A stretch of 64,000 bases of DNA from Macrostomum lignano (taxonomy: Eukaryota): positions 275,604-339,603 of the forward strand of contig NIVC01001195.1 of NCBI GenBank assembly GCA_002269645.1, read 5' to 3'. The notes under the pieces are model-generated. The model was not told the DNA's origin and ran no database searches. It saw nothing but the letters and a program-made list of their open reading frames with translations. Position 1 is the first letter of the stretch. Every line of letters begins with the position of its first letter. Of the stretch, positions 1 through 13,873 are shown in pieces. The position numbers and the translations under genes were made by a program.

Positions 1-130
1 TGAACCATCCTGAAGAATCGCCCTGAAACATCCTGAAGAATCGCCCTGAACTATCCTGAAGAATCGCCCGGAACCATCCTGAAGAATCGCCCTGAACCAT
101 TCTGAAGAATCGCCCTGAACTATCCTCAAG
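1..130. repeat. 23-bp minisatellite (TGAACCATCCTGAAGAATCGCCC), about 5-6 copies, truncated by window edge
   Basis: Tandem copies visible directly. Confidence 0.9.
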
Positions 131-727
131 AATGCGGTGGTGTTGAATTTTGGCTATATTTACTGTTATTAACCAATCCTGCAAAACGCAGCTGTTTAGC
201 TTTTAGAAAATTCCGAAGGTTAGAAAATGTTTGCTTCGCTACTAGCTGTCACATATAAGTAGTGACCTATGGCTTTTATGGCAAACAATTTTTTTAAGCT
301 TCTTATGGTGCTGATTAAGTGCTGTCAATCTGTTATCTGAAATTTTACTTGCATTTGTATTCGATATCTTCATCAGCAGCAATTACAAGCGTATTATAAT
401 AATAATTTTTATATTTAAATAATTTTTCACAGTTTCGATAATAACTAATTCTACAAGTGAATTTTAACAATAAAATATTTTATTTATATTTAGTTTAATA
501 ATAACAAATATACTTTGTAGTTCGCTTCCACCAGCATTTTTTTCCTATTTCGAATTAAGTCGGTCTTCATTTAAACAAAAAACGGCTTAAGTTTAAACAT
601 TTTAGACATCTCTTTTTAAACAACTCTTGTGCTGCTCTCGTTCCAGAGGTGTCTGCGTTTTGAATTTTCGCGATAAAAAATTTCAAAGCCGGAAAAGTGC
701 GTTAAAAAGGAAACGTTATAATTGGCC

Positions 728-3700
728 ATGGCCGCCTCGTCCGCCGGTTCTGACGGCCCGCCATCGGTGCCGCAGTTCAACATCACCGGCCGGCTCGGGG
801 CTGGCACCTACGCCACCGTCTACCAGGCCATTAGACAGGTGTGAAAGCTGAGTCCAGACTGTGGGAAGTCGAAGGCTGCCTGTTTTGCGCAGCAAAATCA
901 GAGTTTGGAAAAGCGATAACCGGGGCAGAGCAGATGAGCGTCAAATGGGCCAGAGGGTACATGCTCGGCGATTAGAATGCCAGGGTCGCTGTTCACCCTG
1001 AGTGAGCGTGTGTATGATTGCGTGCTTGCGTACAGTATTGGGGGGGGGCTTGTATGTGCTCAGAAGTCTGTTTTAACTCCCACAATGATCCATAGCAACT
1101 CCCACAAACGTCCATAGCGACTCCCACAATGATCCATAGCAACTCCCACAATAATCCATAGCAACTCCCACAAACGTCCATAGCGACTCCCACAATGATC
1201 CATAGCAACTCCCACAATGATCCATAGCAACTCCCACAAACGTCCAAAGCGACTCCCACAATGATCCATAGCAACTCCCACAATGATCCATAGCAACTCC
1301 CACAAACGTCCATAGCGACTCCCACAATGAGCCATAGCAACTCCCACAATGATTCATGGCAACTCCCACAATGAGCCATAGCAACTCCATGGCAACTCCC
1401 ACAATGATCCATAGCAACTCCCACAATGAGCCATAGCAACTCCATGGCAACTCCCACAATGATCCATAGCAACTCCCACAATGAGCCATAGCAACTCCCA
1501 CAATGAGCCATAGCAACTCCTACAATGATCCATGGCAACTCCCACAATGAGCCATGGCAACTCCCACAGTGAACCATAGCAACCCCCACAATGATCCATG
1601 GCAACTCCCACAATGATCCATAGCAACTCCCACAATGATCCGTAGCAACTCCCAGGATGAGCCATAGCAACTCCCACAGTGAACCATGGCAACTCCCACA
1701 ATGATCCATGGCAATTCCCACAATGAGCCATGGCAACTCCCACAATGAGCCATGGCAACTCCCACAATGAGCCATGGCAACTCCCACAATGAGCCATGGC
1801 AACTCCCACAGTGAACCATAGCAACTCCCACAGTGAACCATAGCAACTCCCACAATGATCCATGGCAACTCCCACAATGAGCCATGGCAACTCCCACAAT
1901 GAGCCATGGCAATTCCCACAATGAGCCATGGCAATTCCCACAATGAGCCATGGCAACTCCCACAATGAGCCATGGCAACTCCCACAATGAGCCATGGCAA
2001 CTCCCACAGTGAACCATAGCAACTCCCACAGTGAACCATAGCAACTCCCACAATGATCCATGGCAACTCCCACAATGAGCCATGGCAACTCCCACAATGA
2101 GCCATGGCAATTCCCACAATGAGCCATGGCAACTCCCACAATGAGCCATGGCAACTCCCACAATGAGCCATGGCAACTCCCACAGGGAACCATAGCAACT
2201 CCCACAGTGAACCATAGCAACTCCCACAATGATCCATGGCAACTCCCACAATGATCCATGGCAACTCCCACAATGAGCCATAGCAACTCCCACAGTGAAC
2301 CATAGCAACTCCCACAATGATCCATGGCAACTCCCACAATGAGCCATAGCAACTCACACAGTGAGCCATAGCAACTCCCACAATGATCCATGGCAACTCC
2401 CACAGTGAACCATGGCAACTCCCACAATGAGCCATGGCAACTCCCACAATGAGCCATAGCAACTCCCACAATGATCCATGGCAACTCCCACAATGAGCCA
2501 TGGCAACTTCCACAATGAGCCATGGCAACTCACACAGTGAGCCATGGCAACTCACACAGTGAACCATGGCAACTCCCACAGTGAACCATGGCAATTCCCA
2601 CAATGATCCATGGCAACTCCCACAATGAGCCATAGCAACTCCCACAGTGAACCATAGCAACTCCCACAATGATCCATGGCAACTCCCACAATGAGCCATG
2701 GCAACTCCCACAGTGAACCATAGCAACTCACAATGGCTCTTCCAACTTGCAGGGCGGCTCTCGCGAGGTGGTGGCCATCAAATGCGTGAGCAAGAAGAGC
2801 CTGACCAACACTTCTAAAGAGAATCTGCTCAAAGAGATCGAGCTGTTGAAAACGCTGAACCATCCGCATATTGTCCGGTTGATTGACTTCGTGTGGGACG
2901 CGAATCACATTCACCTCATCCTGGAGTACTGCTCAGGTGGCGACCTGCTGCGGTTTATCAAGCTGCGCCGCTGCCTGTCCGAGTCTGTGAGTCTGGCGTG
3001 CCTTCTGTTGATGCAGTGGATTCGGTCTCAGTAAAGTAGGTCACCTTGGAGCATTCAAGATTGGAGATTTAAATCAGGGCTGGGGTGATAAGAATGGAGG
3101 AGGTAGATTAGACTTAGCTGATGAGAGGATGGGATTAGATGATGAAAGGATGGGATTAGATGATGAGAGGATGGGATTAGATGATGAGAGGATGGAATTA
3201 CATGTAGATGATGAGAGGATGGGATTAGATTATTAGAGGATGGGATTAGATGATGAGAGGAAGAGATTAGGTTATTAGAGGATGGGATTAGGTTATTAGA
3301 GGATGGGATTAGATGATGAGAGGATGGGATTAGGTTATTAGAGGATGGGATTAGGTTATTAGAGGATGGGATTAGATGATGAGAGGATGGGATTAGGTTA
3401 TTAGAGGATGGGATTAGATGATGAGAGGATGGGATTAGATGATGAAAGGATGGGATTAGATGATGAGAGGATGGGATTAGATGATGAGAGGATGGGATTA
3501 CATGTAGATGATGAGAGGATGGGATTACATGTAGATGATGAGAGGATGGGATTAGATTATTAGATGATGGGATTAGATGATGAGAGGAAGAGATTAGGTT
3601 ATTAGAGGATGGGATTAGATGATGAGAGGATGGGATTACATGTAGATGATGAGAGGATGGGATTACATGTAGATGATGAGAGGATGGGATTAGATTATTA

Positions 3701-6700
3701 GATGATGGGATTAGATGATGAGAGGAAGAGATTAGGTTATTAGAGGATGGGATTAGATGATGAGAGGATGGGATTAGATGATGAGAGGATGGGATTAGAT
3801 GATGAGAGGATGGGATTAGATGATGAGAGGATGGGATTAGATGATGAGAGGATGGGATTAGATGATGAGAGGATGGGATTAGATGATGAGAGGATGGGAT
3901 TAGATGATGAGAGAATGGGATTAGATTATTAGAGGATGGGATTAGATGATGAGAGGATGGGATTAGATTATTAGAGGATGGGATTAGATTATTAGAGGAT
4001 GGGATTAGATGATGAGAGGATGGGATTAGGTTATTAGAGGATGGGATTAGATGATTAGAGGACGGGGTTAGATTATTAGAGGATGGGAGGATGGGATCAG
4101 TTGAATGGAGATAAGATTGGATGAGAGATGATGCGATTAGATTGGAGAGGAGATATTGTTATTTACAGGCGATGACCGGTAACTATCTGGGCATCTCCCA
4201 CGCCCCCCCCAAGCTGGTTCGCCGGTTCCTGCAGCAGCTGGCCCTGGCGCTGCGCTACCTGCACAGCCGCAACGTGGTCCACATGGACCTGAAGCCGCAG
4301 AACATCCTGCTGACTGGCGGGGACAGCCCCAAACTGAAGATTGCCGATTTCGGCTTCGCGCATCACCTGAAGTCGGACAGTCACGCTGACCAGGTGCGCG
4401 GCAGCCTGCTGTACATGGCCCCGGAGATTGTTGTTGACAGGCGGTACAGCCCGAAGTGCGACCTGTGGTCGGTGAGTTACCAGCTTGTTCTGCTCTGTGT
4501 AATAGTAAGGGATTCCCTATCTTTATTTACTGTTGCTAAGGGATTCCCTATCTTTATTTACTGTTGCTAAGGGATTCCCTATCTTTATTTACTGTTGCTA
4601 AGGGATTCCCTATCTTTATTTACTGTTGCTAAGGGATTCCCTATCTTTATTTACTGTTGCTAAGGGATTCCCTATCTTTATTTACTGTTGATAAGGGATT
4701 CCCTATCTTTATTTACTGTTGATAAGGGATTCCCCAGATTTCTACACTGTTGCTAATGGATTTCCCAACTTTCTCTACTGTTGCTAAGGGATTCCCCCTA
4801 TCTCTATCGTTGCTAAGGCATTCCCCCATCTCTTTATTGTTGCTAAGGGATTCCCAGCTTCTTTACTGTTGCTAAGGGATTCTCCACCTGTCTCTACTGT
4901 ACTGTTTTTCACTGTACTGTACTGGTATCTCTACTATGGTTTCAATCATACGATCAGCTAGCTAAAGCATCTCCCTGTTTCTATCCTACTCGTACCCGAA
5001 GCTACGAAATTTCTCACTTCTTAGCCATCGCTAAGGGATTCCCCCCCATCTCTTTTCTGTTGCTAAGGCATTTCCCAGCTTCCTTCCTAATCGCAGTTAG
5101 CAGGTCTCGAACACTCCCGCAACCCAGGTGGGCATCATCCTCTACGAGTGCCTGTTCGGCCGAGCCCCGTTCGCCTCGGAGACGCACGAGGATCTGCTGC
5201 GCAAGATCGCCAGCCCGGAGCCGTTGTCCGTGCCCGCGGTCCAGTGCCTCGCCGGTCGGGAGGTGCCCCTGACGGCCGCCTGTCAGGACCTGCTGACCAG
5301 GCTGTTACAGCGCGACCCCCGTCATCGCGCGGACCACGCGGCCTTCTTCGGGCACTCGTTCATTGACTTGGATCACGCGCCATCGGCCGAGTGCCTAGAG
5401 AAGGGCAAGAGTCTGGCGCTGCGGGCGGTCAAGGCGGACTCCGGCGGGGAACTCGAGGAGGCATTTCGGCTGTACCGGCTGGCGCTGACTTACCTGGTGC
5501 CCGCGCTGCACTGTGAGCTCCAGTTTTGGCGTTGGCTTGCCTAGTCATGCACTTGAACTGCTCATAGTCCAGCCGTGCATTGTTTCTCAATTGCCATTTG
5601 CTTCCAGACGAGGACAGCGCGCAGAAGAAAGAGCAGCTCCGCGATCGGGTAGGCAGTGCCTATTGGCTGATAGAGGCACAAGACAGCAGTCTGATTGAGG
5701 CCCGATAGTCACCTGAGACAGCCTGATAGTCACCTGAGAGAGAAGTCTTATAGAGAAATGGGACAGTCTGATAGACACACGAGATAGTCTGATAGAGACA
5801 AGAGACAGTCTGAAATAGACACGAGACAATCTGGTAGAGACAAGAGACAGTCTGAAATAGACACGAGACAATCTGGTAGAGCCACGAGACAGTCTGATAG
5901 TCACCTGAGACAGTCTGAAATAGACACGAGACAATCTGGTAGAGACACAAGACAGTCTGATAGAGACAAGAGACAGTCTGATAGTCACCTGAGACAGTCT
6001 GATAGAGACACGAGACATTCTGATAGAGACAAGAGACAGTCTGATAGAGACAAGAGACAGTCTGATAGAGACAAGAGACAGTCTGATATAGACAAGAGAC
6101 AGTCTGATAGTCAACTGAGACACTCCGATAGTCACCTGAGACACTCCGATAGTCACCTGAGACACTCCGATAGTCACCTGAGACAGTCTGATAGACACAC
6201 GGGGCACTGATAGACACACGGAACAATTTGATAGACACAAGACAGCCCGATAGACACACGAGACAGTCTGGTGGACACATGGGACAGCCTGGCGGACACA
6301 CTTCAGTCCGAACCCTGCACCACCGTCCAGATCTATGAGTACATGAGCCGAGCCGAGTACCTGCAGTCGGAGGTGACGCAGGGCCGGCCGAAACGACCGC
6401 CCGTTGCCGAGTCACGCTGGAATCGGTTGCGTGAGTCAGCTGGCTGAGGCCGATTACTCATACTTGCACTTTTACACAGCTTGCGTTTTGAATTGCACTT
6501 TATTCACTGTATCAATTTTAGTGGAACTGTGCAAGCCCGACCAAGATATCATGGCCAGCCTGAAGGAGATATCAGCCTTCAATCATAAGGTGATTTTTTC
6601 TCAACTTTTCGCTACTGTCAGTAGGCAAATTGAGCATCGTGAGAATATTTTTTTCAGAATTAGAATTTTTTGCGTTTGCTAATTCTTGCTTTTCAGTTAT

Positions 6701-8022
6701 AAAAACCCTTCTGTTTCTTTGTTTCAGCTGAGCTTGGGCGCCCACGAGGAAGCCCTGGCTCTGTTCGAGACTTGTTGCGACAAACTGCTCGAGTTAATCA
6801 GGAGTGAGAATTATTTATTAATCATATTTTGTGTGAGAACTAGTCTACATAGTTCTGTTCGTAACTTTTTTATTCCTTGTGCAGAAGAACCCGAAGGTGA
6901 AAGAAGGACCCTGCTGTGCGAAGTGGTGAGAAAATTGAAATCCATTTTTCACATACCAGGTTTTTTATTGTTTCTTTTGTCTCCGATTGTCTCCAATTGT
7001 GTCCGATTGTCTTCAATTGTGTCCGATTGTCTCCAATTGTGTCCGATTGTCTTCAATTGTGTCCGATTGTCTCCAATTGTGTCCGATTGTCTCCAATTGT
7101 GTCCGATTGTCTCCAATTGTGTCCGATTGTCTTCAATTGTGTCCGATTGTCTCCAATTGTGTCCGATTGTCTCCAATTGTGTCCGATTGTCTCTAATTGT
7201 GTCCGATTGTCTCTAATTGTGTCCGATTGTCTCTAATTGTGTCCGTTGTCTCCAATTGTGTCCGATTGTCTTCGATTGTGTCCGATTGTCTTTAATTGTC
7301 TTCTGTTGTCTCCAGGTGGACTTCAACCTGTCAACTGCGGAAAATGTCAGAAAGTTCATTCGCTCCAAGAATAGCGAGAAACCCAAGGCCGAGCTTCAAA
7401 AGGCTTTGGAGACTGACCAAGAGATGAAGTCGGAGGGTGAGACTGGGGATTGGCTGACCCACTGGGGGATTGGGGCTGACCCACTGGGGAATGGGATTGA
7501 CCCATTGGGGAATGGGGCTGACCCACTGGGAAATGGGACTGACCCATTTGGGAATGGGGCTGACCCACTGGGGAATAGGGTGGTTAACGTATAAATAGTT
7601 AACCCCCTGAGAGTCAGGAGTAGCTGACACCCTGAGAGTCAGGAGTAGTTGACACCCTGGGAGTCAGGAGTAGCTGCCACCCTGAGAGTCAGGAGTAGCT
7701 GACACCCTGGGAGTCAGGAGTAGCTGACACCCTGAGAGTCAGGAGTAGCTGACACCCTGGGAGTCAGGAGTAGCTGACACCCTGAGAGTCAGGAGTAGCT
7801 GACACCCTGGGAGTCAGGAGTAGCTGACACCCTGAGAGTCAGGAGTAGTTGACACCCTGGGAGTCAGGAGTAGCTGACACCCTGGGAGTCAGGAGTAGCT
7901 GACACCCTGAGAGTCAGGAGTAGCTGACACCCTTGGAGTCAGGAGTAGTTGACCCCTATCTGATTAACAACCAACCTCATGTGTGCCACCCCTCTGCAGG
8001 TTACAACTGTGCCGTGATGTGA
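728..8022 (+). CDS. ULK3: ULK3 Ser/Thr kinase with two MIT domains, 11 exons, about 485 aa
   Basis: Exons 728-838, 2753-2986, 4214-4471, 5128-5512, 5608-5648, 6331-6430, 6522-6589, 6728-6803, 6885-6925, 7316-7436, 8000-8022. All are GT-AG with compatible phases (1458 nt). Motifs: [42 protein letters not shown]; MIT-like segments [26 protein letters not shown] and [13 protein letters not shown]; C-terminus CAVM. Confidence 0.93.
1065..2735. repeat. 22-bp minisatellite (CAACTCCCACAATGAGCCATGG variants) filling ULK3 intron 1
   Basis: Tandem array; source of the spurious minus-strand ORFs between 993 and 2726. Confidence 0.95.
3115..4100. repeat. 21-bp minisatellite (GATGATGAGAGGATGGGATTA) in ULK3 intron 2
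   Basis: Tandem array seen directly. Confidence 0.95.
4500..4890. repeat. 31-bp minisatellite (CTGTTGCTAAGGGATTCCCTATCTTTATTTA) in ULK3 intron 3
   Basis: Period 31 (e.g. 4561 and 4592); degenerates towards the 3' end. Confidence 0.9.
5690..6300. repeat. 21-bp minisatellite (AGACAGTCTGATAGAGACAAG) in ULK3 intron 5
   Basis: Tandem array seen directly. Confidence 0.9.
6972..7312. repeat. 20-bp minisatellite (GTCCGATTGTCTCCAATTGT) in ULK3 intron 9
   Basis: Tandem array that runs into the acceptor at 7314-7315. Confidence 0.93.
7440..7955. repeat. Two adjacent arrays in ULK3 intron 10: about 21-bp GGGGCTGACCCACTGGGGAAT (7440-7580) and 25-bp GCTGACACCCTGAGAGTCAGGAGTA (7600-7955)
   Basis: Tandem arrays seen directly. 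Confidence 0.9.
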
Positions 8023-8564
8023 CAGCCGGTCCGCTCAACACTCCCACCTGTACCTGCAGTGTAAAGATGCAAAGCCGCCCCTCATGTGCAGTATCTGTGC
8101 GCCCCGGCTCCATACAGTGTATTGTTTTATTCAGAAATTCACATCTGCAATTCTGGATTTGCTTATTAATTATTCAGTTTTGATGGTGCCATCGCGGTTT
8201 GTTGTGAAATCGAAAACAGTTTTTTTCATTGTAAACTTTATAAGTATTAGCAGCAGAACATTTAATAATCCAGACCCACTTATTCAAATATTCCGACTTA
8301 AAGAGCCAATCAGAAAACTCTGCATTGTGCATGCGTTTAGTTTGTTGATTATATAGTTGAATAGATGTTTGGTTACAAGTAAATTTGTTATACTCTGACA
8401 CCGAATGAAAAGTTGAATAACTTGATAGAATTCATTGAATGAATTACAGTACTTTTAAATAGACGAATTTGCTGAGATTGAACACACTATTACAGCTCAA
8501 AACTTTTGCTCTGCCAATTTCACTGCGAACTGTCAGCATGGAGTTCCGGCTGTCAGAATCAGCT

Positions 8565-9345
8565 GTTGACCCACTGGGGAGTTGGGGGCAGTTGACCAAC
8601 TGGGAGTTTTGGGGGGGCAGTTGACCCACTGGGGAGTTGGGGGCAGTTGACCCACTGGGAGTTTTGGGGGGGGGCAGTTGACCCACTGGGAGTTTCGGGG
8701 GGCAGTCGACCCACTGGGAGTTTTGGGGGCAGTTGGCGCACTGGGAGTTGTGGGGGGGCAGTTGACCCACTGGGAGTTTTGGGGGGGGCAGTTGACCCAC
8801 TGGGAGTTGTGGGGATGGGCAGTTGGCGCACTGGGAGTTGTGGGGGGGGCAGTTGACCCACTGGGTGTTGTGGGTCGGGGCAGTTGACCCACTGGGAGTT
8901 GTGGGGATGGGTAGTTGGCGCACTGGGAGTTGTGGGGGGGGGCAGTTGACCCACTGGGAGTTGTGGGGGGGGGCAGTTGACCCCCCACTTGGAATCGCGT
9001 GGGGTAGTTGACCCACTGGGAGTTGTGGGGGGGGCACTTGACCCACTGGAAGTTTAGGGGGGGGGCAGCTGACCCACTGGGAGTTGGGGGGGGCAGTTGA
9101 CCCCCCACTGGGAATTGCGTGGGACTGTTGACCCACTGGGAGTTGTGGGGGGGCAGTTGACCCACTGGGAGTTGTGGGGGGGGGCAGTTGACCCTCGTTG
9201 GAAATTGTGTGGGGTATTTCACCCAAGCTAGGAGTTGTAACAGTGGACCCACTGAGAGTCGTTGAAGGGGGCAGTTGACCCACCAGGCGTCGTGGGGGGC
9301 AGTTGACTCAACTGTAAGTCATGGGGGTGGGGCAGTTGACCTACA
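8565..9345. repeat. G-rich minisatellite of about 28-30 bp (GGGGGGGCAGTTGACCCACTGGGAGTTGT)
   Basis: Tandem array between the convergent 3' ends of ULK3 and the lectin gene. Confidence 0.9.
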
Positions 9346-9583
9346 TGATTGAGTATTCCAATGCTTCAGCTTGTTAGTTTTAGCGGCACAGCTGAGTACA
9401 GCTATACCTGTCCATAAATGTTCATCAAGGACTTCAGACACAACATTATAATTGACAGTACGTTTGAATTTGTAAGGCTGATTACACGAAGCAGAAATTT
9501 TTCTTTGCCTTGGACCCAGATATCAGCTGCTTGGTTCTTCATCATCCAGTGTGCAGACGAGCCTCAACAAGTTCCTTCAAAAT

Positions 9584-12500
9584 CTACTTCAACTTTTTCA
9601 GCGACTTCAGCCGTTTCAGGTTGGTCTTCAGCAGGTTGATATCTCGCGACAAGGTCGAAAGATCCAGGACGATGACCAGAACGCTGAACATGACTAGGAT
9701 GATGATGACCACGGCGCCGATGCTCTGAGCGCTGTCCGCCTCTTTGGCCGGTGGTACATAGTGCTTCCTGCCGGCCAGGTCCAAGTTCGCCGTTTTCTCT
9801 GTGAATTATAGGTGGGGAGGGGACATCCGGGTTGTAGGTGGGGACATTCGGGTTGTGGGTGGGGACATCCAGGTTGTTAGTAGGGACATCCAGGTTGTTA
9901 GTAGGGACATCCGGGTTGTGGGTGGGGACATTCGGGTTGTGGGTGTGGACATTCGGGTTGTGGGTGGGGACATTCGGGTTGTGGGTGGGGACATCCGGGT
10001 TGTAGGTGGGGACATCCGGTTGTAGGTGGGGACATCCGGTTGTGGGTGGGGACATCCGGGTTGTGGGTGGGGACATTCGGGTTGTAGGTGGGGACATCCG
10101 GTTGTGGGTGGGGACATCCGGGTTGTCAGTGGGGACATCCGGGTTGTTAGTGGGGACATCCCGGTTGTAGGTGGGGACATCCAGGTTGTAGGTGGGGACA
10201 TCCGAGTTGTAGGTGTTAAAATCCGGGTTGTAATAGAGTGCATGTAACATTTAACTGCTTGAATGTGATTGAGCGAGTAGCACAAAACATTAAATGCGTT
10301 GTAGAGTATATCGCAGGTCCACTAAATGAGCTCCTTACGGATGCAGCTGGGCAGCTGGGTGATGTTCCACGTGCCGTCGCTCTTGCAGTAGGCGATCGGC
10401 TCTCCAACGCCCGTGTCGGAGGTTTCGGTGCACTGGAAGGCTATCACGGAAGCGTACGGGTACTCGTCCGGGATGTTGACTGCAGCTGCTTCCACAGTTA
10501 CGCGAGTGCCGTTGCCAAACTCGATGGTGACGTTGTTTTTAAAGCTCTTTGTCTTGATCAGGGTGCTGGCGTCGGTGCTGCGAGGCATCAGAGTGTCTGA
10601 CAGACAGCTGACGGCTGCAGGACGTGGATGGAATTTTGCTTATTTGACTACTTTTTGACTAAAGGCAAAATTTTCACCAGAACTACTTTATTCAGTGACT
10701 GGGAACTCTTGCCCCCTAGCAAAAAATATACAAAGGACTTGCTTAAGAAATTCCGTCAACTTGAGCAAAGGCTACTCAATAAAAATATTTATTGGCTTAA
10801 CTGGGTGTTTTATGTTTTCATTGTGTTTTCATAGCTCTATAATAGCCCATCAATCGTGGCCTGTTCATCCAGATGTGTGCATCATGCACTAGCTTACGCT
10901 TGCAGTTGATGGTCTTCAAATTGTTGAGGTCGGTGCCGTAGATGCCGATCCACTGGCCGCTGATGAGGCTGCCGTTGCTCAGGTCGCACTTGATTATCTT
11001 GTCGAACTGCCTGTCCTCGAAGAAGTAGCCGGCCTGCTTGCACTTGATGCTCACCTGGTTGGGATAGTAGGGGAAGCTGGACAGCTGGAATTCGCCGTAC
11101 TCTCGCGAGTCCTCGCGGTTGTAAGCTTTGTACGAGATTGAGTTCGGGTTGATCACGTTCATGATGGGCTCGCACTTCACGGCTGGAATGAATTGCAGTT
11201 GAGTGCATCATGACTCGCACATTTAAAAGCTGACAATGACCTTCCCGTCTGTCTTTCACTTGGTTTGGCCAAATCCAGTTTAATGGGGTGTAGCATATCT
11301 GAGCTTTCGATGACACTCACCGGTGCAAGTGTTGAGGTCCGGCGGCTGCCATTCGCCCATGGTCTTGTCTATCCAGTTCTGGCCGCAGGCGACGCTGCTG
11401 CGCACGCTGGACAGGTTTGTGTAGGACACGTAGCCTCTGCTGCAGTTCACTGTAAAGCTGTCCGTGTAGTTGTAGAAGTTCGAGGTCAATACGGACTCGT
11501 ACGGCTTCACGTGGGGAATCTTCAGGTCCGTCTTCAGCATGGTGGCGTTGCAGCGAATGGCTGCGGTTTTACAGGGGTGGCGGTTTTGGTTAGCTGACGC
11601 TTAAGGCAAACCAGCTATTTGTGAGTTCACGCTCATTCCGCTGACCCCCGAGCACGTACGCAAGGAAAAATTCACGCAGGGTGTACAGCGGCACTGTCTT
11701 TCTTTTCGCTAGCCAAATATGTGCAAGGGGATCGCAAAGAGATACGAGTTTGTCGCTTTTTGCAAGCTGGTGCTGGCGCCCCAACGATGCGCCCCTTCCA
11801 AATAAAAAATCCTGGCTATGACCCTGCGACCTACACAAGTAATTAATCTTTAGGTCTCAACACGAAGTCACAGTAGCACAATAACTCATATGTAAATGCT
11901 ACTCACGGTTGCACACCTCGATGACATTGCTGGCAAAAGATCCGTCAGCGAAGCAGTAGATCTGGTTGGCTCTCAAGCCATCGGCCGTGACCGGATAGGA
12001 CACCTTGGCCGTGAGGCTGTCGCTGGCCCGGTAGAAGCCCGGCCGGCACTGCACATTCATCAGCTGGCCGTAGTTGGCGGTGTCAGGGTAGAACTCCACG
12101 CCGTAGCTCGTGTTGGCCAGGCGCATCGTCAGGCTGTTGTACCGGGAGGCCAGTGACGTACTGGGGTTGCACGTGGCCGCTGATCGGGTTTAAAAAAGAT
12201 TTATTAAAATAACAATACACTCGTACTAGCGGATCGTTTATCACGAGTGTTGTGTACGGCACACTAATATGTTTTTTTCATGTCATTTGCTCGTTAAACT
12301 TTGAACGCATGTAAAAGAATCCCTCTTGCGGTGACCAACTGACTGACCTTCATTTTAAGTCTCTAAATCTGCATCCAATAGTCGCCTTGCCTTTAACTTG
12401 CTGCGACACGAACTCACCCGCCTCACGAAAGATTCGCTTCCAACTAACTTCTCGCTACTCGATACTCGTAGTAGCTCGCAGGCGATCTCTTAATGTTAAG

Positions 12501-13873
12501 AAACCGGTACTGGCCTAGGTAAAGTGGTAGCCTTTGCCGTCAGATATCTTCTAAAGCGGACTCTCGGCAAACTCATTCACTTGAGAAGCTCTTTCCAGCC
12601 AGCTTACAGCAGCAGTCACAGGGACCCCTCTTGCCTGTGCCTCACTGCAGTTAGCTAGCGCTCCCTCTATCACCCCTTACGAGTACGATGATATTTAGGA
12701 CAAAAAATGATATTTAGGACAAGCGAAAAATTCTTAGCGAGAAATTCGTCGATCGACGATTCTCATACTAGCGTAGACCCATTGTGAGTTTCTTCTATTC
12801 TTTTGTCCTGCTTCCCAGGTGCCTACTAGGTCTCACTACTGGTCTCACCAGATTTCTCGCAGAACACAGCGAGCAGGGCCCCGCAGTCGGCCTTCCGCAG
12901 TCCGGTACTCTGGCTCCACTCGGCGTTATCCGCGCTGAACGTGACGGTGAAGAACGCGCAGCTGCCGCTCTGCGTAGCGCCGCCGCTAGGGTCCCAGGAC
13001 GAGTTCTTGACAGTCAGGCCGCTTGTTTGCCATTGCCAGGTGCCTCCTGCGATAGTGTTGGAAGAAGTTCTTAGCGCTTGAAAAGCCGCTTTTGTTTACA
13101 TTGGCTGGTCTTTGACAATAGATTTAGTTGGCGTGACAATGTAGACATGCAAAAATGACAGTTTTTGGTTTCGGTTTTACCGACAGCTCAGCCGCAGTTA
13201 TTGCGCAGCGCATCACAAGGATTTTTCAGGCCGTTTTTCAGTTTTCCAGGCCGCTGCCTGGCTATTTCTGTGAGCATTTTTTGCAGTACACCTTCGTAAT
13301 GGGCTCTATTGATAGGCGCAGCTCTTCTAGGAAGTCGATTTAGATGCCTTCCTATGCATCCCAGAAAACGGTCGCCATGACTTTGGCCATGAAGTGCTCA
13401 GCTCGGAACTTCTTTTGACCCGACGGATCCTTGAGGCAGCCACTCCTTTAACTGGAGTTTTACTAAGAATGGTCTTGGTAGATCCAAATCTCATCTACGT
13501 TTTAGATCATGCATGGAGTCTGTAGTAATTTATACTTAAGACCCAAAAGCAAAAAGTAACTTTTCTATCCCCAGGGCATAGAAAAGTAACTTTCTCTACG
13601 CACCATCGTTGACAGCGTCAGTCCAGATGCTGCTCCCGGTGGCCTCGGTCTTGATGCAGTAACGAAAGAAGTCCAGCGACTCGGCTCGGCTGTCCAGCTG
13701 AATGAGCCGAGCAGCGGCATCACTGCAGACGCTTTTAGCCTCCGACTGGTTCACCGCCAGGGCGTTGCTGATCCGCTTGTAGCATTTGCCGGACAGCGGG
13801 TAGTAGTTCCAGCTGGCGTCGCCGCAGGCGTCCATCACGTTGGGAGCAAGAGCACTCGAAGCTGCCGAAATGC
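9584..13873 (-). CDS. Type I membrane protein: C-type lectin domain, four sushi/CCP-like Cys modules, TM helix, short basic tail (5' end unresolved)
   Basis: Exons 13873-13604, 13046-12849, 12179-11907, 11560-11321, 11182-10898, 10614-10339, 9798-9584; all introns GT-AG and phase 1. CLECT signature: C..W.YY..SGKCYK...A...C...L, IWT, WQW, C...L.VFCEK. Sushi-like: C...QCRPGF, YCKSDGTWNITQLPSC. TM: IGAVVIIILVMFSVLVIVL. Confidence 0.8.
9815..10225. repeat. 21-bp minisatellite (GTGGGGACATCCGGGTTGTAG) in the last intron of the lectin gene
   Basis: Tandem array seen directly. Confidence 0.92.

Noticed and set aside
993-2726. Long Cys/His/Trp-rich ORFs (up to 577 aa)
   Set aside because: Translations of the 22-bp intronic minisatellite, open in several frames.
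11640-11830. Possible MITE end (CAGGGTCATAGCCAGGATTTTT on the minus strand)
   Set aside because: No matching second terminus or TSD found.
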